A model generated the notes under the pieces. The model ran no database searches. It was not told the origin of the DNA and worked only from the letters and a program-made list of their open reading frames with translations. This document shows positions 1 to 8,561 of a stretch of DNA of 64,000 nt, piece by piece. The DNA is from Alphaproteobacteria bacterium (lineage in GTDB: Bacteria > Pseudomonadota > Alphaproteobacteria > UBA828). A program made the position numbers and the translations under genes. The stretch is taken from contig OY763937.1 in the NCBI GenBank assembly GCA_963667705.1, positions 3,594,948 through 3,658,947 of the forward strand, written 5' to 3'. Positions within the stretch are counted from its first letter, which is position 1. Every line of letters begins with the position of its first letter.

Positions 1-117
1 GCGCGCACCATAACGAGGGCGTGCCAGACATGCAAATGGAATTAGAATGCGTTCGCATGCGGGCATGACCGCGGCGCGCACGGGAACCACGGACGAGACG
101 GAGGCGGCACGCGATCG

Positions 118-690
118 ATGCGCTGGATCAGGGAATACAGCCTGGAGAAGCCCGCGCTCTGCGACGAGCTGATCAAGGGCTTCAAGCGGACGCGCCGGCT
201 CGGCCTCACCCATGCCGGGACGAGCGCCAAGGGCGTGGACCCGGACTGGAAGGACTCGGAGGACGCGAGCCTCACCTGCTTCCCCTACGAGGTCTACGCC
301 AAGACGGTGCGGGCATACCGCGGCCACGTCATGAGCTGCCTCGCCGACTACCTGCGCGCCTTCCCGGTGCTGGGCGAGGCTTCGGACAAGCTCGGCTTCC
401 TCGAGCCGCCGCAGATGCAGTACTACAAGCCGGGCGGCGCGTTCCACGGCGCCCACTACGAGAGCAGCGGCCTCCACATCGCCCACCGGGTGCTGGCCTT
501 CCAGACCTTCCTCAACGACATCGCGCAAGGCGGCGGCACCTACTTCACCTTTCAGGAGCACCTGGTCGCGCCGGCCAAGGGCAAGACCGTGATCTGGCCG
601 GCCGGCTTCACCCACACCCACAGGGGCGAGGTGGCACCGCGCGAGGAGAAGTACATCATCACCGGCTGGATCAGCTTCATGGGTGTGTAG
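118..690 (+). CDS. 2OG-Fe(II) oxygenase superfamily protein (prolyl-4-hydroxylase-like jelly-roll), orphan
   Basis: 190-aa ORF; blocks YYKPGGAFHGAHYE / RVLAFQTFLNDIAQGGGTYF / VAPAKGKTVIWPAGFTHTHRGEV..KYIITGW match the conserved Y-x-PGG-F..H, RVLT..YLND..GGG and P..G..V.F....H.V.....RYI..W blocks of 2OG-FeII_Oxy_3-type domains. Confidence 0.5.
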   Translation: MRWIREYSLEKPALCDELIKGFKRTRRLGLTHAGTSAKGVDPDWKDSEDASLTCFPYEVYAKTVRAYRGHVMSCLADYLRAFPVLGEASDKLGFLEPPQMQYYKPGGAFHGAHYESSGLHIAHRVLAFQTFLNDIAQGGGTYFTFQEHLVAPAKGKTVIWPAGFTHTHRGEVAPREEKYIITGWISFMGV

Positions 691-844
691 CGCGGACTTC
701 TCATCGGGCTCACGGTCCGGGCGGCACTCTCCGGTCTTCGGGGACGGGAGGAGGCCACCCCTTCGATTCCCCGAACCATGGTGCGGTGCACGGCGGGCAC
801 CGTCCGCGCCAGCATCGCACCATGCAGTACGCGAGCGAAGGCAA

Positions 845-1073
845 TCCCGCCATCTCACCCCGGACCTCGTCGCCGCGGAATCCTACCTTGTCCCGGCGTA
901 TCCCGCCTCGCATGGATGATTCGCCGGCATCCTGCCGTGTCCCGGCAAGTCCCGCGTTATCCCGATATGTCCCGCGTCCCTAGTTCCGCCAAAACGCGGC
1001 GGTTTCCGCGCATGACCAGGCGCATCCCACGCAAGATGGTACAAGCCCCGCGTCGGTCACCGCCGATGTCCCG
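845..1073. repeat. array of about 8 TCCCG(C/G) short direct repeats, six of them at exact 10-bp phasing
   Basis: TCCCG at 845, 891, 901, 940, 950, 960, 970, 1069; core block GTGTCCCGGCAAGTCCCGCGTTATCCCGATATGTCCCGCG. Confidence 0.7.
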
Positions 1074-1127
1074 CAGCGTCGTCGGCGTGGCACGATGCAG
1101 GCCGCGGCGGCAGCGAGTAACGCGGGG

Positions 1128-2522
1128 TCAGAGCGTGTCGAGCGCCGCCTGGACCGCCGCGTGCTCGGGCGTGTCGGGTGTGAGCAGGTCGAGCAGGCGC
1201 TGCCAGCGGCTGCGCGCGGTGGCGGCATCGCCGCGTTCCGCCGCCGCGAGCCCGGTGAACCAGAGCGCCGGCTGATCGTCGGGATCGAGGGCGAGGATGC
1301 GCGCGTAGACCGCCGCAGCCTCGGGCGGCGGCGCCTCGGGCCCGGCCTGGCCCGTGAGCGCGCGGGCGAAGGCGCGCAGCGCGGGAAGGTCGTCGGGCAC
1401 CGTCTCCATCGCCCGACGCAGCGCGTCGCGCGCCTTCGCCGGCTCGCCCAGCACGTCGTAGGAGCGCGCGAGGCGGAGCCAGCCCTCGGCGTCGCCGGGA
1501 TTCTCCTCGAGGCGCAGCGCGAGGCCCTCTACCATGCCGCGGATCATTTCCATGCGCTCTTCCGGCGTCATCGCGGCCGCCGCCGCCACGTCGTCCTCGC
1601 CGGGACCGGCGGGCGCCTCGGCCGCGGCGGGCGCGCGCGGGAGCGTCCCGGGCTCGATCCCCAGCACCTCGGCGGCCTGGCGGATCAGGCCCTCCAGGTC
1701 GGCGCGCCAGGGCGCGTCCGCAGGCGTGTCGGCGGCGAGCGCGCGCCACATCTCGTAGGCCTCCCGCACCGCGCCGGCCTGGGCGAGGCCGAGAGCGAGG
1801 TGATAGCGCGCGGCGGCATCGTCGGGCCGCGTCTCCAGCACGCGCTCGAAGGTGCTGACCGCCTCGGGCACCACCGTCCCGCCGCTGGCCCAGACGATGG
1901 CTTCGCCCAGCATGGAGAGTATCTCGGGGTCGTCGCCGGAGAGCGCCGCCGCCTGGCGCAGCGCGTCCGCCGCGTCGCCGAAGCGCTGCAGCACCAGATA
2001 GGAGCGGCCGAGCAGGAGCCAGCCCTCGAGGTCGTCGGGATCGTTCGCGAGCCGCGCCGCGAGCCGCTCGACCGGCTCGCTCAAGGCCGTGACCGCGCTC
2101 TCCGCCGCCGCCGGCGGCCGCTCCGCGAAGGGGCGGTCGGGAAGCCCCGGCGTGCCGAAGCTGGCGTAGACGCCGGCGGCGAGCGCGGGCACGCAGAGCC
2201 CGAGCGCCAGCGCCGCCGCCCGCCGCCGGCGGCGGCGGGGCCCGGCCGCCGTCTCCTCCCCTGCGTCGACCGCCTGCGCCGCCTCCCGCGCCCTGGCGGC
2301 GCGCAGCATGCGTCGCTCGATCTCGGTGCGGGCGGCATCGGCCTCCTCCCCGCCGACGAGCCCGCGCGCGCGGTCGCTCTCCAGCTCGCGCAGCTGGTCG
2401 CGGTAGACGGCGAGGTCGTAGTCCGCCCGCGCCGGCGCGCGGCGGTGCCGGCGCAGCACCGGGACCAGCAGCGCGGCCACGGCAAGCGCCGTCAGCAGCG
2501 CGGCGACGATGGCGAAGATCAT
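1128..2522 (-). CDS. ccmI: cytochrome c-type biogenesis protein CcmI (CycH), TPR-repeat
   Basis: 464 aa; N-terminal TM followed by DYDLAVYRDQLRELE motif typical of CcmI; multiple TPR-like repeats (WLLLGRSY.., WLRLARSY..); last gene of ccm operon. Confidence 0.85.
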   Translation of the reverse strand: MIFAIVAALLTALAVAALLVPVLRRHRRAPARADYDLAVYRDQLRELESDRARGLVGGEEADAARTEIERRMLRAARAREAAQAVDAGEETAAGPRRRRRRAAALALGLCVPALAAGVYASFGTPGLPDRPFAERPPAAAESAVTALSEPVERLAARLANDPDDLEGWLLLGRSYLVLQRFGDAADALRQAAALSGDDPEILSMLGEAIVWASGGTVVPEAVSTFERVLETRPDDAAARYHLALGLAQAGAVREAYEMWRALAADTPADAPWRADLEGLIRQAAEVLGIEPGTLPRAPAAAEAPAGPGEDDVAAAAAMTPEERMEMIRGMVEGLALRLEENPGDAEGWLRLARSYDVLGEPAKARDALRRAMETVPDDLPALRAFARALTGQAGPEAPPPEAAAVYARILALDPDDQPALWFTGLAAAERGDAATARSRWQRLLDLLTPDTPEHAAVQAALDTL

Positions 2523-2529
2523 TGCCGGA

Positions 2530-3024
2530 TCAGGCGTCGTCGTCGAGCAGCGCGTCGAGCCGCCGCCGCTCCTCGGCCGAGAGCGGCTCCGGCCGCGCCT
2601 CGCCGGCGGCGCCCGCAGCCGTCCGCGCCCGGCGCAGCAGGGCGAAGACGATGCCCGCGCCTGCGACGAAGACGGCGGCCGGGCCGAACCAGAGCGCGTA
2701 GGTTTCCGGCTTCACCGGCGGGTCGAGCAGGACGTAGTCGCCGTAGCGCTCGACCAGGAACCCCGCCACCTCCTCGTCGCTCGCGCCGGCGGCGATGCGC
2801 TCGCGCACGATGGCGCGCATGTCCTGGGCGAGGCCCGCGTTGGAATCGGCGATCGACTGGCCCTGGCACACGAGGCAGCGGAGCTCCGCGTGGAGCGCCC
2901 TGGCGCGCGCCTCCAGCGCCGCGTCCGCCAGGGGCTCGTCGGGCGTGAAGGCCGAGGCGCCCGCCACGAGCCCCAGCCAGAGCGCGCAGGCCGCCCCCAG
3001 CACCGCCGGCGACGCGATCCTCAT
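2530..3024 (-). CDS. ccmH: cytochrome c-type biogenesis protein CcmH (CycL)
   Basis: 164 aa from internal ATG (MRIASPAVLG..) with signal peptide and the LRCLVCQGQSIADS motif (CcmH LRCxxC); the ORF-track start at 3333 is an upstream read-through; ATGA overlap with ccmG stop. Confidence 0.85.
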   Translation of the reverse strand: MRIASPAVLGAACALWLGLVAGASAFTPDEPLADAALEARARALHAELRCLVCQGQSIADSNAGLAQDMRAIVRERIAAGASDEEVAGFLVERYGDYVLLDPPVKPETYALWFGPAAVFVAGAGIVFALLRRARTAAGAAGEARPEPLSAEERRRLDALLDDDA

Positions 3025-3626
3025 TCCCGCAGGCCCTCGATCAGCGGCACGATCGTCCCGTCGATGTCGTGGCGCGAGAGCACCCCGATATGGCGGTGGC
3101 GGATGCGGCCCGCACCGTCCACCACGAAGGTCTCGGGCACGCCGTAGACGCCCCACTCGATGGCGGCGCGGCCGTCGAGGTCCGCGCCCATCAGCCTGTA
3201 GGGATTGCCGAGGCGCCCCAGCCAGCGCTCGGCGTCCGCCGGCGTGTCCTTGTAGTTGATGCCGTAGAGCGGGACCGTGCCGGTCTCGGCCAGCGCCATC
3301 AGCAGCGGATGCTCGACCCGGCAGGGGCCGCACCAGGAGGCGAAGACGTTGACCAGTGCGATCTCGCCCTGCCCGAGGTCGGCGCTGGCGAAGCCGCCCG
3401 CGTCCTCGAAGCCCTGCACCGCAGGCAACGCGAATTCGGGCACCGGCTTGTCGATCAGCGCCGACGGCACCTTGCCGGGCTCTCCGGTCAAGAGCTGGAC
3501 GCCGAGCGCGGCCGCCAGCGCGACGAAGAGGAACACCGGCACGAGGTAGCGCAGCCGGCGCAAGGCGGAGACGGGCTTCGCCGCCGCCTGCTCATCCGCC
3601 GGCGCCTGGGTGCTCTCGTCCGCCAT
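3021..3626 (-). CDS. ccmG: thiol:disulfide interchange protein CcmG/DsbE
   Basis: 201 aa; N-terminal TM; thioredoxin motif WCGPC; GVYGVPETFVVD block typical of DsbE. Confidence 0.9.
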   Translation of the reverse strand: MADESTQAPADEQAAAKPVSALRRLRYLVPVFLFVALAAALGVQLLTGEPGKVPSALIDKPVPEFALPAVQGFEDAGGFASADLGQGEIALVNVFASWCGPCRVEHPLLMALAETGTVPLYGINYKDTPADAERWLGRLGNPYRLMGADLDGRAAIEWGVYGVPETFVVDGAGRIRHRHIGVLSRHDIDGTIVPLIEGLRE

Positions 3627-3642
3627 CCCCGTCGCGCGCCTC

Positions 3643-5631
3643 TCAGTCGCCCGTGCCGGCGGCTGCGACCGCCTGCGCCGGCCGGCGGCGCGCGGGTGTG
3701 CCGACGCGGTGGCGGCGGTCGCTGAGCGAGACGGCGCCGCCCGCCACCATGACCAGCGCGCCGATCCAGATCCACGGCACCAGCGGGTTGTGGTTGATGC
3801 GGATCGCCGTGCCGCCGCCCGGCGCGTCCTCGCCGACCACGACGTAGAGGTCGGCGAGCCAGGTGGTGTGGATCGCGGCCTCGGTGGTCCAGGTGTCCTG
3901 CACCGGGTAGTGGCGGCGCTCGGGCAGCAGCAGCGCGACCTCCTCGCCGTCGCGCGAGACCCCTACCGTGCCCCGCCGCGCGAGGTAGTTGGGGCCCGGC
4001 ACGTCGCCGACGCTCAGCAGCGCGAAGTCGTAGCCTGCGAGCGCGACCGTATCGCCCGGGTGCATCGTCTGCTCGCGCTCGCTCTGCCAGTTGCCGGCGC
4101 CGACGGTGCCCACCACCAGCACGGCGACGCCGAGGTGGGCGATGCTCATGGCCCAGGCCGCGCGCGGCAGGCCGAGGGCGCGGCGCGCGCTCTCGGTCAG
4201 GGTTGCGCGGAAGAGGCGCACGCGCTCCGCCAGTTCCATCAGCACGCCCGCCGCCACCCAGCCGGCGAGCGCCATGCCGAGAATTGCGCCCCACGGGCCC
4301 CCGCCGGAGGCCGCCACCGCCGCAGCCACCGCCGCGGCCGCGAGCAGCGAGAGCACGAGGCGCCGCAGCACCGCGCCGGGGCCCGCGCGCTTCCACGCCA
4401 TCAGCGGCCCCGCCGCCATCACCAGCAGGAGCGGGATCATCAGCGGCACGAAGGTCGATTCGAAAAAGGGCGGGCCGACCGAGACCTTGGTGCCGGCAAG
4501 CGCATCGAGGATCAGCGGATAGAGCGTGCCGATGAAGACGGTGGCGCAGCCGACTGCCAGCAGCAGGTTGTTGGCAAGCAGCGAGCCCTCGCGCGAGAGC
4601 GGACGGAACGAGCCGCCGGCGCGCATCCCCGGCGCACGCCAAGCGTAGAGCATGAGTGAGCCGCCGATTACGATCACCAGGAAGATCAGGATGTAGATGC
4701 CGCGCGCGGGGTCTGAGGCGAAGCTGTGCACCGAGGTCAGCACGCCCGAGCGCACCAAGAAGGTGCCGAGCAGGCTGAGCGAGAAGCCGAGGATGGCCAG
4801 CAGCACGGTCCAGCTCTTCAGCGCATCGCGCTTCTCGGCCACGATCGAGGTGTGCAGCAGCGCGGTCGCCATCAGCCATGGCATGAAGGAGGCGTTCTCC
4901 ACCGGGTCCCAGAACCAGAACCCGCCCCAGCCGAGCTCGTAGTAGGCCCACCAAGAGCCGAGCGCGATGCCGGCGGTCAGCGCGCACCAGGAGAGCAGCG
5001 TCCAGGGCCTCACCCAGCGCGCCCAGGCGGCGTCGACCCGGCCCTCGATCAGCGCTGCCACGGCGAAGGCGAAGGCCATGGAGAGCCCGACGTAGCCGAG
5101 GTAGAGGAGCGGCGGGTGGAAGGCGAGGCCCGGGTCCTGCAGCAGGGGGTTGAGGTCGCCCCCGTCCGCCGGCGCCGGGTCGAGGCGCAGGAAGGGGTTG
5201 GAGGTGGCGATCACGAAGACCAGGAAGCCCAGCCCGATCAGCGCCTGCACCCCCAGCACCCAGGCCCGGAAGGTGGGCGGCAGGTTGCGCCCGAAGGCCG
5301 CCACCGCGGCGCCGTAGACCGCGAGGATCCAGACCCAGAGCAGCATCGAGCCCTCGTGATTGCCCCAGGTGCCGGTGAACTTGTAGAGCAGCGGCTTGGC
5401 CGAGTGCGAGTTGTCGGCGACCGTCACGACCGAGAAGTCGGAGACGACGAAGGCGTGCATCAGGCAGCCGAGCGCCGCCGAGATGAAGAAGAACTGCGCC
5501 GCCGCCGCGGGCCGGGCCAGCGCCATCAGGCCAGGATCGCGGAGCCGGGCGCCGAGCGGCGGGGCCGCGGCCTGCACCAGCGCCATCGCCAGCGCGAGGA
5601 TCAGGGCGTAGTGGCCGATCTCCGCGATCAT
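3643..5631 (-). CDS. ccmF: cytochrome c-type biogenesis heme lyase CcmF
   Basis: 662 aa polytopic membrane protein; conserved [12 protein letters not shown] (WWD domain) motif. Confidence 0.92.
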   Translation of the reverse strand: MIAEIGHYALILALAMALVQAAAPPLGARLRDPGLMALARPAAAAQFFFISAALGCLMHAFVVSDFSVVTVADNSHSAKPLLYKFTGTWGNHEGSMLLWVWILAVYGAAVAAFGRNLPPTFRAWVLGVQALIGLGFLVFVIATSNPFLRLDPAPADGGDLNPLLQDPGLAFHPPLLYLGYVGLSMAFAFAVAALIEGRVDAAWARWVRPWTLLSWCALTAGIALGSWWAYYELGWGGFWFWDPVENASFMPWLMATALLHTSIVAEKRDALKSWTVLLAILGFSLSLLGTFLVRSGVLTSVHSFASDPARGIYILIFLVIVIGGSLMLYAWRAPGMRAGGSFRPLSREGSLLANNLLLAVGCATVFIGTLYPLILDALAGTKVSVGPPFFESTFVPLMIPLLLVMAAGPLMAWKRAGPGAVLRRLVLSLLAAAAVAAAVAASGGGPWGAILGMALAGWVAAGVLMELAERVRLFRATLTESARRALGLPRAAWAMSIAHLGVAVLVVGTVGAGNWQSEREQTMHPGDTVALAGYDFALLSVGDVPGPNYLARRGTVGVSRDGEEVALLLPERRHYPVQDTWTTEAAIHTTWLADLYVVVGEDAPGGGTAIRINHNPLVPWIWIGALVMVAGGAVSLSDRRHRVGTPARRRPAQAVAAAGTGD

Positions 5632-6068
5632 TCGGCCTGGCCCTTCCAGTTGCCGGATTTCTTGAGCGCGTCCGCCACCTCGCGCGGCATGTAGTTCTCG
5701 TCGTGCTTGGCCAGCACCTCGTCGGCCTCGAACACGCCGCCCTTGAGGTAGCCCTCGGCCACCACCCCCTGCCCCTCGCGGAAGAGGTCGGGCAGGATGC
5801 CGCTGTAGGCGACGGGCACGGTGTGGGCGAGGTCGGTGATGGTGAAGCGCACCGTGAGCCCGTCGTCCGCCCTCACCACGCTGTTCTCCTCCACCAGGCC
5901 GCCGATGCGCAGGCGCTGGTCGGGCGGGAACTGCCGCTCCCTGACCGTGCTCGGGTCATGGAAGAAGACCAGCGTGTCGTCGAGCGCGGTCAGCACCAGC
6001 CCCGCAGCGAGGCCGAGCGCCGCCATTCCCCCGCCGAGAAGGACCAGCCGCCGGTGCTTGCGCTTCAT
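5628..6068 (-). CDS. ccmE: cytochrome c-type biogenesis heme chaperone CcmE
   Basis: 146 aa; N-terminal TM then [35 protein letters not shown] matching CcmE heme-binding region; start overlaps ccmF stop. Confidence 0.9.
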   Translation of the reverse strand: MKRKHRRLVLLGGGMAALGLAAGLVLTALDDTLVFFHDPSTVRERQFPPDQRLRIGGLVEENSVVRADDGLTVRFTITDLAHTVPVAYSGILPDLFREGQGVVAEGYLKGGVFEADEVLAKHDENYMPREVADALKKSGNWKGQAE

Positions 6069-6277
6069 GCCGGGGCGTTTCGCCCCCCGTCACGGTCGCC
6101 CTCGCCGCCCTCGGCCGCGCGCTGGCGGCGGGTGGCTGTCTCGAGACCCTTGAGCGCCGCCTCGCGCGCACGCATGGCGCGCAGGCTGTGCGCCAGCAGT
6201 GCGATCATGATCGCGGCGGCGGCGCCGAACGCCGGCCATACATAGGCGGCATAGCCGCCCATATCGAAGAAGGACAT
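6065..6277 (-). CDS. ccmD: heme exporter protein CcmD
   Basis: 70 aa; [16 protein letters not shown] closely mirrors the E. coli CcmD FFAMGGYAFFVW core; ATGA overlap with ccmE. Confidence 0.8.
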   Translation of the reverse strand: MSFFDMGGYAAYVWPAFGAAAAIMIALLAHSLRAMRAREAALKGLETATRRQRAAEGGEGDRDGGRNAPA

Positions 6278-6475
6278 CGCCCCGCGCCCATCCGCCGCCG
6301 CCGGCGCCGCACACGGCGCCCCGGCCGGTCAATTCGCCCGGATTTACCCACTCGTAGTGTGGGGGCATCGCCTGCCGATATCAAGGCGGGCCCGGCCCGC
6401 CGATCGGGCGGCTGACGGCCCGGCGGCGGTTGGCTAGACTGCGCCCACGGCGAGTCGGCCTTTGGAGGGCGCGGG

Positions 6476-6889
6476 ATGGCCTATTGGCTCTTGAAGTCGG
6501 AACCGAGTTGCTGGTCGTGGGACGACCAGGTGCGCGAGGGCGTCAGCGAATGGGACGGCGTGCGCAACCACCAGGCGAACAACAACATGAAGTCGATGAA
6601 GCGGGGCGACCGCTGCTTCTTCTACCACTCGGTCAACGCCAAGGAGATCGTGGGTGTCGTCGAGGTGGTGAAGGAGCACTATCCCGACCCGACCGACGCG
6701 AGCGGGCGCTTCGGCATGGTCGACGTCAAGGCCGTGGTGCCGACCGCGCAGCCGGTCTCGCTCAAGCAGATCAAGCAGGACCCAGCGCTGCAGGACATGC
6801 AGCTCGTGCGCCAGTCGCGCCTTTCGGTGAGCCCGGTCACCGCTGCCGAGTGGCGGCGCATCTGCACGCTGGCCGGCATCGCCGCCTGA
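6476..6889 (+). CDS. EVE (PUA-like) domain protein
   Basis: 137 aa; MAYWLLKSEP..W..V..G...W.GVRN..A.N.M..MK.GD..FFYHS motif characteristic of EVE/DUF55 domain. Confidence 0.8.
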   Translation: MAYWLLKSEPSCWSWDDQVREGVSEWDGVRNHQANNNMKSMKRGDRCFFYHSVNAKEIVGVVEVVKEHYPDPTDASGRFGMVDVKAVVPTAQPVSLKQIKQDPALQDMQLVRQSRLSVSPVTAAEWRRICTLAGIAA

Positions 6890-6911
6890 ACCCCGACGAA
6901 GCTTCCGCTCA

Positions 6912-6930
6912 GGCGCGCACCCTGCGCGCC
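6912..6930. terminator. GC hairpin between convergent EVE gene and holA (bidirectional terminator candidate)
   Basis: GGCGCGCA-CCC-TGCGCGCC perfect 8-bp stem. Confidence 0.4.
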
Positions 6931-6967
6931 GCCCGCGCGGTACCCTCCCGCGCGCGCGACTCGCGCG

Positions 6968-7999
6968 CTACCGCTGCGCCGCGCGGGCGATTCGAAGCAG
7001 CGCCTGCCAGCAGATGGCCGCAGGCAGGCTGCCGGTGGTCTTGCAGTCCCGCTCGGCACGGTTGAGCAGGGTGAGCGCACGGGCGGCGCGGGCGCTCGGC
7101 CAGCGCGCGAGCTCGCTCGCGAAGGCGGCCCGCTCCCTGGGGTAGACCGGGGGCTTGAGGGCGCCCATGGCGTCCGTCCGGCTGGCGCCGCCTTCCATCG
7201 CGCCGGAGGCCAGGTGGAGGCGGGCGAGCCGGCGCGAGGCGGCGCGCAGGATCGTGATCGGCTGAACCCCGCCGTAGAGCGCCCGCGCCATCGCCCGGTC
7301 GAGCCGGTCGAGCTCGCCGGCCGCGGCGAGGCGCGCGACCGCGTCGGCGGAGGCATCGGCCGCATCGCCGATACAAGCCTCGGCGGCCTCGATGGTGAGC
7401 GTGCCGCCCTCCGCTCCGCCGTCGCCGAGATAGACCGCGAGCTTCTCGATCTCGCCCTCGATCTGGCGGCGGTCGGAACCCAGCCGCTCGGCCAGCCAGC
7501 CCGCGGTCTCGGGCGCGATCTCGATGTTGCGCGCGGCGCAGAAGCTCTCGATCAGGGCGGCGGCGCCTTCCGCGCTCTCGTCGTAGCAGGGGATCGCGGC
7601 GAGCGTCTGCTCCTGCTCACAGAGCTTCCTGAGCCCTGAGCGCGGGGTCAGCGGGCCGGCCTCGGCGACCACCAGGCTTTCCGTGTCGGGGAGCGCAAGG
7701 CACGAGCGGACCGCCGGCACCACCGCCTCGCTCGCGCCGCGCAGGCGGACGGCGCGACGGCCGCCGGTGAGCGAAAGCGCCGCCGCCTCGTCAGCCAGCC
7801 GGCCGGGCTCGTCGCGCAGTTCCGCAGGCTCGATGCTGGCGACGCGGAAGGGGTCGTCCGGGTCCTCGGCCACGGCGCGGATGCAGGCCTCGGCGCGGGT
7901 CCGCACCAGTCCCTCGTTGGGGCCGTAAATGAGGACCAGCCGGATCCCGGGGTCGGGCGCAGCGCAAAAGCGATCCGCGCGGGCCGGCGGAATCTTCAC
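6968..7999 (-). CDS. holA: DNA polymerase III subunit delta
   Basis: 343 aa; N-terminal LVLIYGPNEGL motif; conserved holA-lptE-leuS synteny. Confidence 0.8.
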   Translation of the reverse strand: MKIPPARADRFCAAPDPGIRLVLIYGPNEGLVRTRAEACIRAVAEDPDDPFRVASIEPAELRDEPGRLADEAAALSLTGGRRAVRLRGASEAVVPAVRSCLALPDTESLVVAEAGPLTPRSGLRKLCEQEQTLAAIPCYDESAEGAAALIESFCAARNIEIAPETAGWLAERLGSDRRQIEGEIEKLAVYLGDGGAEGGTLTIEAAEACIGDAADASADAVARLAAAGELDRLDRAMARALYGGVQPITILRAASRRLARLHLASGAMEGGASRTDAMGALKPPVYPRERAAFASELARWPSARAARALTLLNRAERDCKTTGSLPAAICWQALLRIARAAQR

Positions 8000-8036
8000 G
8001 TCCCGCCGCCTGCCGCGTGCCGCGATCGCCGGCGCG

Positions 8037-8561
8037 TCATCGCGGGAGGTTGAGGAGAATGAGCGTGCGGATTTCCTCGCTCAGCACCCGCGCCGCCTCG
8101 TCGGCGGCGTCCCGCTTGGCAGTCACGGTGGCGAAGCCGGATTCGACGACGTTGAAGCTGCCGATGGCCTGGGCGGAGCCGCTGTAGACCTCCTCCCCCT
8201 CCCGGTCCTCGAGGGAGAAGGTGGCGTCGAGCCTGAGGTTGAAGCGGGTCGCGTGGTCGTCGAGCTGGATCAGGAGCGGCGTCTCGCTCTCCTCGACCGC
8301 GAGGGTGAGCCGGTACTCGGGCTGCGCCGGCTGCCCGCCGGGTGTGAGGCTGTCGATCAGGTGGTTGCGCACGATGTGGCCGACCCGGTCCTTGACCGGC
8401 GCGATCTCGATCGCCGCCGCCGGGCCGGACTCGCTCATCCCGCTGCGCGAGCCGTAGAGCGGCTGCACGTCGCAGGCGCCGAGAAGGGCGCCGGGCACGG
8501 CGAGCGCGAGAGCGAGGGCGAGCGCCCGGAAGGGCCGGCGGTGAGGCTCAGGTGACGACAT
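8037..8561 (-). CDS. lptE: LPS-assembly lipoprotein LptE
   Basis: 174 aa; signal peptide with lipobox (LLGAC); position between leuS and holA as in most proteobacteria. Confidence 0.75.
   Translation of the reverse strand: MSSPEPHRRPFRALALALALAVPGALLGACDVQPLYGSRSGMSESGPAAAIEIAPVKDRVGHIVRNHLIDSLTPGGQPAQPEYRLTLAVEESETPLLIQLDDHATRFNLRLDATFSLEDREGEEVYSGSAQAIGSFNVVESGFATVTAKRDAADEAARVLSEEIRTLILLNLPR

Noticed and set aside
1-117. AT-richer stretch GCATGCAAATGGAATTAGAATGCGTTCGCATGC upstream of the first gene, as possible operator
   Set aside because: Only a short GCATGC...GCATGC symmetry. Truncated by window start. Insufficient evidence.
786-983. 65-aa ORF translating the TCCCG repeat array as an SR/PR-rich peptide
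   Set aside because: The periodicity is in the DNA (10 bp), not codon-based. No RBS. More likely a DNA-level repeat.
1095-2948. 617-aa plus-strand ORF with extreme Arg/Ala/Gly/Pro composition
   Set aside because: Antisense to ccmI/ccmH. Typical GC-rich open frame with no recognisable domain.
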